Source: Raillietiella orientalis
Lineage: Eukaryota
Assembly (NCBI GenBank): GCA_036172245.1
Contig: JAYWIR010000048.1
Span: 496,001-560,000, forward strand
Direction of reading: 5' to 3'
Length of the DNA: 64,000 nucleotides
The translations under genes were made by a program, and so were the position numbers. Shown piece by piece: positions 13,590 through 25,129 of the stretch (position 1 is the stretch's first letter; each line of letters starts with the position of its first letter). The notes beneath the pieces were generated by a model. That model was not told the DNA's origin, did no database searches, and worked only from the letters and a program-made list of their open reading frames with translations.

Positions 13590-14300
13590 AGCGTACACCC
13601 ATTGTGCTGGAAGTTTACATGATCCGACTGGAGGACGCTCCCATGGTGAAAGTAAGTCCTGAGGTCAAGAAGATGTGACCTTCAAGATTGGCTCCATAAG
13701 GATAGGGAACCTCAATATGTACCTGACGTGGTAAAAAAGAAATGCCGATTGCGATAGATTTCAAGCGATCACTCCGTGCGCCCGTGCATCCACCATCCAC
13801 GCCGATTAAGAGCGAATCGCAAGCGCTCAACAGGGCATCAACTGAGTCCATAAGCGCCATCTACGTGGCATCGGAGAATCTTCCACAGCAATGATGCATC
13901 TGATGGGAGATCCGTATACACAAGACAAGGCCTAAGGATACCCGCCCCCATGCGGAGAAGCTGAGCATGTGAAATTTTGTGACCGCATGGCAGGTCCCCT
14001 CTGGGGAGGGTAGAGCTAAAATCAAACTGACTGAGAATGTCAGCATCCCAAGAGTGACGAACGTAGATCCCCGCTCCCAGGAGGTCTCAACACGATACAG
14101 TCAGCAGCCTGTGTCTTGCGTTGGATGCGAGGTGTCTGGACACCGAGTCAGCGCCTGCCTTGCTAGGGCACGATTCCGTCGGCGTAAACAGCAGGACCAC
14201 TTCGCCCGAGTGTGCACGCAACCGCATCTGCGTTACCTTTACAGGCTGCCGGGTCATGCAAAGGGGGAGAGCACAGGAAGGATGCCAACTGGCTAGAGAT
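13590..14300 (+). mobile_element. L1/Tx1-clade ORF1 (gag-like) relic with CCHC zinc knuckles
   Basis: RYSQQPVSCVGCEVSGHRVSAC contains CX2CX4HX4C (14117-14158). Two degenerate knuckles follow (DHFARVC, PGHAKGE). There are in-frame stops upstream. Confidence 0.75.
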
Positions 14301-14454
14301 GCAGGTCCACTCCCTATCTCCGAGGAAATTCAGCGGAAGAAAATTCAGGAGAAGGCGCTGACCGAGGAGACCACCACCGTTGTGATGGAGTTCTTCACAA
14401 TTAAGAGGAAGAAAGACGAAAGGAAGTTCAGACAGGAGAAGCGATACAGGCCTT

Positions 14455-14700
14455 GCAGAGTTCACTTTGGATATTGCCTGTCCATCACCCTAGTCTGGAA
14501 CCAATTAGGATTCTTCCGTGGTAAAACATCAGAAGGTCATCCTGAGTTTCCGGTGGAAGAGCATAAGGTTGTGCCAATCGGTAGCAGGTTCGCGTTCCGA
14601 ATTCCATAGCAGTTGTCGGCCATGTTTAGTGAGTCCTCTTCTTCTTGGTCATTCTTTGTTTTAACCACGAAGGAATCCTGAGTGGTTCGAGGGTCAAACA
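14455..14700 (-). mobile_element. L1/Tx1 zf-RVT fragment, inverted relative to the adjacent ORF1
   Basis: Reads LPPETQDDLLMFYHGRILIGSRLG*WTGNIQSELCKAC. DNA at 14468-14557 is clearly similar to 4148-4237. Confidence 0.75.
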
Positions 14701-14734
14701 CTGAACTGGAAGCATCCAAGACGAGCTCCACACG

Positions 14735-15110
14735 TCATGTGGCGACGAGTCACGTGCTCACCCATCCAACGCAGCAACCAAGGTCTGAAAGCGCTGGAGG
14801 CTGCCTGCAGACCCGCGCAACTGCGGAGGTCCTGACGGCAGTGCTCCGCAAGTTCCCCGATAGAATCGCATGGTGAGGAATACGGCTGGTCTCTCCGCCA
14901 CGAGCGACAAGAAGGGTCAGACTGCGACAAAGACGTGCAATGCCAGCCACCCGATTCCTGAAAGGACTGATCCAAAAGCAGACTGGAATCGGAAACTAGA
15001 AGGAGGAGACGTACCGATACTCCTTGAGGAACATCGACAATTGAACCCTGGTGCGCGAAACGTCTTCCAAGTCCAAGAGCGACTCCAAAAGGTGAAACAC
15101 CAAACACACA
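14735..15110 (+). mobile_element. Possible L1/Tx1 ORF2 post-RT segment
   Basis: QQPRSESAGGCLQTRATAEVLT resembles the P..EGGL region after RT and the IPEIQIRASEQLFT segment of the 3860-4800 copy. Confidence 0.35.
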
Positions 15111-18100
15111 AAAGTGAGGAGTGACGCGTGACGTTGCGGGAACAGTGACGTGCACCTGTTCAAAACGAGTCTGCTCTCCTGATTCTTGCACTGTACGAAA
15201 GTTGCTTTTGCTAGCGAGTTCACCCTTACCACTTGTTCGGACCTGGAAAAAATTCTGTAGTAAAAACAAGAGCAGCCTCAAAGTTCCGTCCCAGTGGAAT
15301 TCTCGGACGATTTGGGGACATTGGTTGGCCCGCGTCGACTGTCAGAACCTTAATTTGGACCTCATTCGCTGCCACGGCAACATCTAGCTCATTAAAAACG
15401 GCAGGCAGTTGAATCATGAGATCTCTCCTGGACAAAGTTTGGGGAATTGCCTGAAGAGCACTCACGTGGAAGGTGGCAGAACAGAGATCGTGGGCCGGTC
15501 TGCTGCTTCAACTTGGAATGCCGCGGACCGCTTGCAGATGTACAGATCTGAAAGAGTGATGGCGCGATGCAGCGGAAGGCGGAGCTGAAGCTGTGGTCAG
15601 AGGAAACGCGACTGCAGGAGTACAGATCCAACTTGAAGCGACACAAGAACGACCCTGGAGGGTGTTATCTGGAAGGCATGGGAAACAGAATCATTTGGAT
15701 GGCAATTTTGATGGGTGTGATTTTCATGAGCTCCGCAACAGATGCAGCGAATCCAGAGGAAAGGGCTGAGTTTCGTTTCGGCTATACTAGCCTATTTTGG
15801 AGAGAAAAAGAGACCGCAAGACCCTCGTTTGGAAACTGGGAAGCAAGATCTTCGAAAGGAGACAAGAGCATAAAGAGGAGCTCGAGGAAAGATGACGAGT
15901 TTGATGGGTACCAAGAACCACGACTCAAAAACAAAAGGCAGATCCAAACAAAGATGTAATGAAGATAAGATGGATTATTTTTTCATCCCTCTGGATCATT
16001 TCTTTGTTGAAACAGGAGCTATGTAACCACTTAAAATCTTCCCAGTGATGCACAGAATGTGTTCGGGAAATTTTCCAGAACCAATTTTTTAAGAGACGAA
16101 ATTCACATGAAGATACAGTGGATAAAGGAGGCCTATCTTCTCCATCCATTATTCGCAGTGCAACCTCGATTGTCAGGTTAATCTCTTTGTCTGCTAAACA
16201 GACAAAAAGACTGCAGATTTGTTTCTCTTTCGCTCTGCGGCATAGTGGGGATCCCTGGATTACACTTTCCCGAGATGCAAAGCTTAAGGAATGCTTTCCA
16301 GAAAGCCTCCCTGCGCTCGGGGACGGCTTACTCTGCCACTGCAGTCGGTAATCGCAGATTTCTCAAAATGGGTCTGGACTTCGCTTGAAAGAGATGTGGG
16401 AGTGCAGTCATCTCGATGCTTTGTTGCCTAGAAGGGAACCTTGAGATGCTGGTAGCGCCGAGAGGCGTGCAAGAAGATGACAACCCATTGTTTTCACCTA
16501 TCCATCTCGTGTGAAGTGGGAACTCCCTCGCAACTCAACCGTATGAACAGAGACGCTCCCACGGAGGAGCGAAACAGAGTTTAGCGTCCATCGCATACTC
16601 TGAAAACCATCTGCTGGAGACCTTCCATACCGGCGAACAGGGGCGCCAAATTTCGATTTTCTCAAAAAATGTTTCAAGAAAAAACACAACATGCAAAAGA
16701 GACGGGGTGCAAGTAGCTCACGAAGAGGTTCCCCAGAGTCGAAAGGTAACAGAACTTGGGAAGAACGTACCCAAAAGGCAATCAAACTGCACTTTTTGAA
16801 CCTTTCATTCCGCTGGCGACGTTTAATGTAAAGCACTCAATACGATCACTGTCTGCAAAGTTCCTTACTAGGCGGGTCAACGAGGGAACATTGCGGTCTC
16901 TTCTCATCAGGTCATAGAGGGACATTCATTTCCTTAAGAAAAAAATAGGCATACACAGAATCGAAAGGACAGGTCCCAAAGGTGATAAAACCGATTCCGC
17001 GAAAAGAATGGAAGACACAGGAGGTCCTTCTTCTCTGCAGCCTCCCCAAGAGGAACTTGAGTTCTCTGAAAACTTCTTAGTCACAGGTCACTGCCTTATT
17101 GCGGTCCTTGCACGACCGGTGGGCACATTTCACCTCGGGCAGCACAGGCAAACTTTCTTGCATGCTTGCACGGCTCCAGAGTCCATCGGAAGAGCTCCTT
17201 TTCCCCCTGGAGAGCGCAGTTCCGATCACTTCCTGGCTGGAACTTCCGAGCACTTTATCTGTTCCTCTCGTTCAAAAATCCCGCGCACCGGAGCCGCGTC
17301 TGCCTTCCTCAGAGTTGGGATCGGCTTTCCAGACTGCGCCACTGCCGCACCTTCCAACCCACTTCAGCTCTTCCGGAGTGCTTCCAAAAGGACGATGCAT
17401 GGATGCAATTATCTTGCTCTTCTGTCTGAAAGCCAGCAGCACGCCCGCAGGACAAACTGCGGATGACCTGGGTTGCTTGTCATTCGGAGCAGAATCCAAA
17501 CTGCCAGCAGCCATAGAGACAGGAGTGTCAAACGTATTCCTTCCCTTAGCTCGGATACTCACCACGCAGCACGGCTTAGCTTACATGCCGATCCTCAGAC
17601 AGGACCAGGAGAGCTTGAGATCTCATGGTGGAAACGCCTTCGCGGACACAACAGCGCTGCGTTAGTTTCACCTCTCCATGGAGGTACAGCACGAGCTCCA
17701 CGTGCTGTTTTCCTGAGGGATCTCCTTTGTGGCGGCGGGGGATGTCACAGGGTTCTCCTCCAGACAAATACGTCCGCAGGACGTAGGAAAAAAAAATTCT
17801 GCAGCGGATGTCCACGTGCTTACCTGCCAGACGATGATGGGCGGTTGAGGCAAATTGCCAAGCTGAAAGATAGGGCGAGGGAGGAGATCGAAGGGCAGGA
17901 GGAGGTTTCTTCAAGCACTCTGGTGGCGAGGAAAGTGGCGATCACGAGGGCAGCTTTGGTGCGTCTGTCCGAAACGGACATGGACACTCTCAGCTGGATG
18001 CATGACTGCGTTCTGGAGGCAGTCCAGTAAGCAACCCGACTCGTGCATCCAAGCCCAATGCAGCTGAACAGCCGCGCAATACTTGCAGGCCCCTGTCCAC

Positions 18101-19239
18101 AGTTTTTCCTCTTTGCGCTCGCTCATTTCCATACTCCACGGTGCTGTCTTCTTGCCCAGGTCAAGCAATTACCACGCTGACCATCGGACTGCAAGAAGTG
18201 CACGAGCAGGCACCGTTGCATGGAAGCTGCTCGTCTTGACGCATTGTTTATGAGAGCGGGGTCTGCAAGAATTCCTCGGGGATGAATGTGCCGGAGGTGT
18301 TTGATGCGGTAGTTGGGAGCGGATGTTGGATGTTTGATGTCCCCAGCTGCTGATGCTACCACAGCCGGGGGTGGAGAATCCCTCCGTACCTTCGCGAAGA
18401 GGTGCGAGGAGAATGGCCACCGCCCGGAGGGGGTGCTTGCCTGTCGTGAACGCCTGCGACTGCGTGCGACCCTGCCATGACGTAAGCACTTTCCGGACCG
18501 TGCGACGACCAGCCTCCAGCCTCCTGCAAGCGACGCGGACCGTCGACCACGCGGTGCCGAGGACCTCCACCGGAGATCTCACCTTCGGCGAACCACTGCG
18601 AAGAAGCTCAACGTCGCGCCGCGCATGCTGCGATGCGGAGATCACGGCGTCCCTTCCCGGAGGGACGCGATAGACCACGCTCCGCGTTGGTTAGCGCCAC
18701 GCTTCCAGGAGCCCTCCGCACGATGGAGAGATAGAATGCGGTCCTCGTGCGAGTGGCCCCATCGGATGAAGGCCCATCGCGTTCAATACCTTTCAGTGCA
18801 TGAGGGAGGAGCATCAGCGGCACGATCAACAGCGGCGCCACGGCATTAAACTCTGCGGCGTGCTCGCGGACGAGCACGGAAGAAAGCACTGGGGGATGCT
18901 GCAGCGGGGTCCGCACGTGTGGCCGCTGCAGGGCGAGCACTGCATGGTCCTAGCCGACGACGGGTTCAGTGCGAAGGAAGACAAACAAATGGCCTATCGC
19001 CGGTGGGTCTGCACTTCCTTCCGGAAAAGTGCCCCCCTCAGTGCACGCCGTCGTGGTGGGGATCCCACGGCGCGGTGGATGCGGAAAACGAGGTGCCCGA
19101 GAAGAGTCATTCCCCGTAGAGGCAAAGGGAACGCCTGAAGAAGGAGACGGCTAGAGGTAACGTCGAGCGTTCTCTGCAGATCCCCTGGGACCGCCGAGTG
19201 GACCACGCTGCAGCAAGTCTGAGGATCCGGGCGACCGTG

Positions 19240-19930
19240 GGGTAAGACGGGAGGACGCAGGAAATTCCCTTTCTCCCTGGAGGGCGTTTTGCTTGCAGTC
19301 CGCGCTGGGCATCTTCCTCTGTATGCTCTTCGAGCTTCAAAAGATGGTCGGAATTTCGCAGAATCCTATAGAACTTTCCATTCTGCGGAGCGAGAATTCT
19401 TTCTAAAAGATGCGTCCCTATTCCAGTGAGCTCTCTTGCGCTCTGCGGGTCTGCAACATCCGCATACTCACGAACGGGGATTGTGCAGGAAGGACGAAGT
19501 GACATCAGCTCCAGTGGCTGGAAGACGTGCTTACCTCATGAGATTCCCGCTAGCCTGAACCTCCGGTTCATGGGATGCCGCATCATGGAGCTGAACGAGG
19601 TTTACTCCGAGGAAAGCACTGAAATGTGGTCGAGAATATTCCCTTGATGCAGGGGTGCCACCCTTTCTTCGAGGGCTTCGAAACTCCCTGTCTGCGAGGT
19701 CCTCGCTTCGCGGGGTCACCATTTCGGTCATCATGAAATTGCCATCCGACTCGTCTACTCGAGACATCGCTCTCGGACCGAGACATAGCGTGGAGGCAAA
19801 ACGAGGAATGCTATGGAGGTTCTCACGCATGCGCTCCGCGCACTGCCACTCCATCGCGCGAGGCTGGACGCGGCGGACGATTCCCACGCGATTCCCTCTT
19901 TGGTTTCCCAAATTTGTTTCATTTCCATAA
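19240..19930 (-). other. Second decayed bunyavirus/phenuivirus-like L fragment (EVE)
   Basis: Minus-strand order: GIVRRVQPRAME...RMRENLHSIPRFASTLCLGPRAMSRV (RMRENLHS at 19810-19833; cf. phlebovirus-type RIAEKVHSPGVVSSLSKG), then FEALEER, RRFRLAG (19545-19566) and ADVADPQSARELTGIGTHLLERIL (THLLERIL at 19393-19416). Motifs from memory. Confidence 0.45.
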
Positions 19931-20132
19931 TTCCCAGGAAAGCAATCCCTGGGGACCTCGGTGGAAGACAGAGCGCTCCTTTCTTAGCGTGTTTTGGAAG
20001 TGTGCGTCTCGAGCTCAAATCTGGGAGATGGACCGCTCCCTTGCGAGAGGGGCGGATCCTTGGAATGAACGAATTCAAAAGACGACGGGGTCTCGTCGAG
20101 AATCTTTGAGAGAGAGAAGGGCTGCTTTTCAG

Positions 20133-20303
20133 GATGGCGTGCTGCTACGTGCGAGGTGGCGGTGGCGCCGACGGCCCTGCGCCCTCGATCCCTGCTTTCA
20201 CCTCCGAGGAGCGGAAGAGGAGGGAATGGCACCTGACGACGCCTGCCTTCCGGGATGCGCGGCACAAGTTCTTCCAGGAGGTTTGGGAGATGACCCGAGG
20301 ACG
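20133..20303 (+). CDS. Candidate isolated exon, product unknown
   Basis: ttttcAG acceptor at 20131-20132 and GTGAG donor at 20304. The exon is 171 nt with symmetric phase and an open frame: MACCYVRGGGGADGPAPSIPAFTSEERKRREWHLTTPAFRDARHKFFQEVWEMTRG. Confidence 0.3.
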
Positions 20304-20369
20304 GTGAGGTGCCACATTCCTCGTGGAAGTCATAGCGAAAAGTCCAGCTTCGCGCCCGTGTGGACCTTG

Positions 20370-20470
20370 ATCACAGATGGTCTGGGCATGGCGTTCCTGA
20401 GCTACGTGGACAAGGAACGGAGCGGTTGTCCCCCAGAGCTACGAGCGCGGTGAAGATCATCAAGAAGAGC
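20370..20470 (+). pseudogene. Protein-kinase N-lobe-like remnant
   Basis: Frameshifted LG(H)G/AF..V.K.R...AVKIIKK, resembling the Gly-rich loop and VAVK motif. Confidence 0.3.
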
Positions 20471-21229
20471 GATCGGCGGCAACGATCTGCTGAGCCTCCC
20501 CCGGGCTGAAGAAAATGAGGAGCCGTGCCCTGATGTTCACTGAGCGCACGGCCGCTCCGGGGCATTCCGAAAGGGCCGCTCCGTTGCCAAGGAACATCAG
20601 GAAGGGATGATGGCGACGAAACTCGTGATAGAGGGCCCGAGGCGTGCGCGCGCGCGCCCTCTTAAGGCTGCCACAAGGCACCTGCCGATCGGATCAATCA
20701 AAAGTCAACTATTGCTCGGGACGGGAGAAAGGAAACCGCACACACCGGAGTGCTCCATGTATCCAGCTTTCTCCAGCTTCTTCAGCACCCGCAATAAGAG
20801 ACAAGCGATTCCCGAACCGCACAGTTCGCAGGGCTCCAGGTGAAAACGTCGTCATATCCCTCTCCTCCTGCATAAGATGATCCCGGCTACCGGAGAGGAC
20901 GCGGTGGCTGCTCGCATGACGGGTAGGGGGAGAGGCAATCGATGGATCGATAAGCACGTCTGTTTCCCGGGACGGATGGAAGAAGCCGCCCAGAATTGAC
21001 TCCACACGCCTTTGAGGGAGGTGCGGAGGAGCCACTCCTCAAGTGTGCGGAATTTTCTCCCACCGTCCATCAACAGTTCCTGAGAGGCTCTCTTGCCGCC
21101 AGAGCAAAGGGTGCATTTGAGGGTGGACTTCCTGGAAGGTGCTGAGTATCAGAATTCCTGCGTTCGCCCAATGGAGCGCTCGAAGATGAAGAGCGAAAGG
21201 TTCCGTAGCCGGGAAATTGAACGCTGAGT

Positions 21230-21490
21230 AATGGACAGGGGGAGAGGAAGAAGACATTGATGTCGCTAAATTTCTGAAAGATGAGGGAAGTTGCATCGAA
21301 CAAAATTGAATCCAGGATTTCCCGATCGCAGGATTGAGAGGAACCAAGGTCAAAGATTAAGCGACTTCCTGGAGCTGGATGGCCCGCGAAAGACGTTCGA
21401 GCCTGGCGAAACCCGTTTATTCCTCCACAGTGCTATTTGGAAGGACGACGCATAACAGGAATTGATCCAGAATCTTCTCTCGCGGGGGCG
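21230..21490 (+). pseudogene. Ankyrin-repeat-like remnant
   Basis: DIDVAKFLKDEG, and in another frame PGETRLFLHSAIWKDDA*QELIQNLLSRG. Confidence 0.3.
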
Positions 21491-21754
21491 AAGATTCCGA
21501 GAGGGACTCGGGAAAGACGGGAAGATTCCCACTTGCTTGGATTGAGGCGACTGCACCTCGTGTGAGAACAGCGCCGTCCGGGTGACGTCATCATCCAGAA
21601 GGAAGGAAGCCTGCTGCGCAGCCGCATAGCTTGCAGGGGGGTTGGAGGATGGGGGGTACGCCGCCCGGAATCAGCTGATAAGAACTGGTACTCCGGCAAT
21701 GAATGCTGGTGTAGACTCCGAATCGGGAAGTTTTTTTTTTCCAGCGTTTCCACC

Positions 21755-21864
21755 GGAGTAAGAGGGGCGTACTCTTTCCCTCCGGACCCTTCCTGAATTC
21801 ATAGGGTGGGTCCGTCCGGGGTTGCCTCCTAAATTCAAGAGAGTTGCACGCTCTCTCGGGTGGG
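21755..21864 (-). repeat. GC-rich interspersed repeat family, copy 2
   Basis: ATTCATAGGGTG at 21797-21808, with flanks matching the reverse complement of 12335-12444. Confidence 0.7.
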
Positions 21865-23049
21865 GTGGGCTTCAGAACCTTTTCATCCGCTCGAGGCACT
21901 CGCAAACTACCTTGCAAAACCATCGAGGAATTGATCTTCGGTGCGGCTCAACCAGACCAGCATTCATCTTTCGATGCAGAGCATCGTCGGGCGTCTCCAA
22001 AGAGTTTCACCCTTTCCCACGCTGATCTGCACCGACTGGTGGGTTCTCGAAGTTTCCTGCAGGTGGAGCGAAGGCGGATGGGAAAGAAGATGCTGGAAAA
22101 GAAGCGGGCTGGGGGATTTGCTCGAGGAACGCAAGCCAGCTCAAAGGCCCCCTTTCCCTTTTTCTCGGCACCCTTCGACTTTGAGGATTCCAGCGACAGC
22201 ACATTTGACCCCCCGGCTTACCTCGAAGGCATGGGAGTCTACAAACGGACTGCATTACCGGGCCCTCCAAGTCACGAGATTCGTTTCCGAGATTCCGGAT
22301 ATACACTTCCTTCATTTTCGGACGAAAACTTTCTTTCCGTCTATTTTCCTGAATTCGAGCAAAGCCAATTGCCGCCCAACTGTTCGGGCGAGGTTTCTCT
22401 GGGTCTTGACATGGCAAAAGACACACTCGCCCCCGAGGGTGAACCACTTGAAAGTGGCCAACCTCGATCTGCGGCCTCGGAATGAAGAGTATGAAGCACA
22501 AGGTTGTTACTCGGCCACGCCGGGGCATTTGTTTGAAATAATAAACCACAAAAAGAAGGAACGGCATCTCCTAAATATGGGAGATGCCAGGAAAAAAAAA
22601 CTTAATCGGGAATGACAACCGGAACGCAGGCTAGATTCTGAAAAACAAGGGAACGGAAGGAAGGGACAAAAAATAAATAAAAAAAACGGAAAGGTAGCGT
22701 CTGGAAAGATCCTTTCTTCCTAAAAGAGGCTTTGCATCGTGGCAATCTCACGGATAACTTTTTCTGGCAGATGAGGCAACCTTGCAGCCGTTCTCTCATC
22801 AAGGCGCCTGCCATGCAGATGGCCTCTCTACTCTGCGAAGGTGACTCCAACGCATGGCGGACTGTCACTATGGCGCGGATGCAACAGATCGTTGCGATCG
22901 CAGCATCCACCTTCATCCTGCCTTTAGCGAAGAAGCGCCGGCAGCGATGTCCTGCGGTTGACGGATCGCCGTAGCGGTTCATCCGTCAGGTGTCCTCGAG
23001 GACTCTGCAATCCAACAGGAGGTGCGGGAACGGTTCTATCGTCCCATAC

Positions 23050-23640
23050 CTTAGACAGTTATCAAGGAGGCAACTCCTCCGGAAAATAGGTGCTGCATGC
23101 ACTGGAATCTCGAGTGCAGAAATTCCTTCGTAGCGGGAGCACAAAGGTATCTGCAAACAGGGAAGGCAGCACGGGTGCTTCGGAGACCACGCCGACCAGG
23201 TAACTCGATGAAAGAAGTCCCTTTTCCCTCAGTGCACAGAGTGGAGAAAGAGAATCAGGGAACTACTCCCCTTTTAAAACGGCTTTAAGTGACTCTGGAC
23301 CAAAGCAACGGGGCATTCTCGACTTCCTCATTTGACTACGGTAGCTCTGCTGCCATGAAGTTGCTCAAGACAATCCGGTCATGGGTCTACGATAGTTTTC
23401 GATCGTTTCCTCTTCCGCGGATACCTCGCAAATGTTGTTGGCATTGCGTTAACTCCTGGAAGGAGAGCAGCCACAATTTCTAGTGGTTGTTTCGGCTTGT
23501 TTACTACATCACCGATTCCCAAGCTGGCTGCTCGTTCCCTTGAAATGGCCTGCTCAAGAAGATTGCGAATGCCCCTCTGTTCAGTGTACCCTAACATCCG
23601 CGTACGTTGCCCTCCTACGCTTGCGGGGACCTTGTAGTGG
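23050..23640 (-). mobile_element. Probable L1/Tx1 ORF1 relic
   Basis: KLWLLSFQE...RIVLSNFMAAELP*SNEEVENA...SFIELPGRRG...FPVCRYL shows an RRM-like segment then a degenerate knuckle, the same architecture as 13590-14300. Confidence 0.4.
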
Positions 23641-25129
23641 TCCTGCTGCTGCCGTTGGACAACCCCAGAGACGGGTCAAGGAGCAGTGTTTCCCTGCTGC
23701 CTCCGTGGTATGGTCGAGGCACGAAGCGCCGTCGAAGGAGGGCGGCACAATATCGGCACCATCCGCCTGATGACCCCCCTCTTGAGGAGGGTGAGGAAGC
23801 GGCTCCACCTGGTGGATTTAAGAGGAGAATCATCCAGAATTATGCATAGGATGCAGAGGATTCCAGGGAAATACCGTTGGCCCTTTCTACCTTCACCGTC
23901 CTTTCCCCCTCCGTCCACAAGAAAAACCAATGGATGTCTGCACTTGACTCCACTTTCCTCTTTCTCCAGGACCAGCTCATCCAGAATTCTTCAGAGTTTG
24001 GCAAGACCTAGTGCTCTACTTTGCATGCTTTTCTTTATTAACTTTTTGCATGTTTATTGTGGGAAGTTACAGTAACCCTCCGGTCACGCTCGGGTGGCGG
24101 TGTAACTTTGGTCATGTGCCACAAGATATACATGCGCACCCAAAAGCAGGAAGACTTCTTCGCTCGTTCGTTCTCCCGAATTTTCCCTCTGCGCGTTGGT
24201 TTCAAAAGAGGGACAATCAGAATGCCATCTTGTATTTTCCTATGGGTGGATTCTCCGAATCTCACTATGCCGCCTCCAGCCTCCGGTCTTCTGTGCTTCC
24301 CTGATACAGAAGCAGGGCATGGACGCTCGAACGAAACTTTGAAATCTTTGCACGAGCGTCGTCTTTCGAGGGAAGCGCCACACGCATGTATTTTTCGCAG
24401 GAGGAACCCCCTAGTGGGGTAGCGGAGGTTCCCTGTCATGTGGTCTTTTCCATTCCGGTGGGGCGCGTGAACCGAGTAGCTGATCCCATTCATTCACCCT
24501 ATGAGTCTAAGAGCGCTTTGATCGTCTGCCTCCGATATTTTCAAATGGCGTGCACGTTCGAGTGAAACCCAAATCCATGCAAGGTTCTGCGGGAGCTATG
24601 ACCTTTGCTCAGGGCAAGCTTTCTGCAGAAAGCCTTCCTTCTGTGAAACACCTCAAGGTGCTCTCCAATCAAAGCCTGTTCATTCGACAGATTGAATATT
24701 CAGATCGATGCCTGACGCCCGGGGTCGACTTCAAAGTTTCCCAGTTCCCCAACAGTCGCTGAACAAAAAGCTGCGTTCGTGCTGCGTTCTTTGTAATGGA
24801 CATGCACCCTCAGTGCACGAGTGCTTCCCGGATACCCATTCCAAGAGCCCTATTGTCACTGCATACTCTGGCTCGTTAGCGGTGACGAAGTTATCCTTTC
24901 ATACTGAGTGCGAAAATGCTACCAGTTACCAGGCTAGCCAGGGGATAGGCGCATGGGCGTGTTCCAGACACCGCTGTCGAGGCAAGCGTGTTTTACGCGG
25001 CCATGCTAGCTACACCCCCAGCGATAGCGCCGGCTAGAAACAAGGGGGGGGGGGGGAACCGCGACCATTAAGCCTATTCTAGTTAAGTAGAAAGGAAGTT
25101 TTGGAGGATTTAACCGGAGGATGCCCTCG

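Noticed and set aside
18420..18680. Ig I-set-like pieces on the minus strand (VYRVPPGRDAVI; QWFAEG..RHRVVDG)
   Set aside because: Needs several frameshifts and lacks the conserved Cys residues.
24075..24270. RSRSGGGVTLVM...IFLWVDSPN as the endonuclease of the downstream LINE
   Set aside because: The motifs are too degenerate and the distance to RT is too short to support without alignment.
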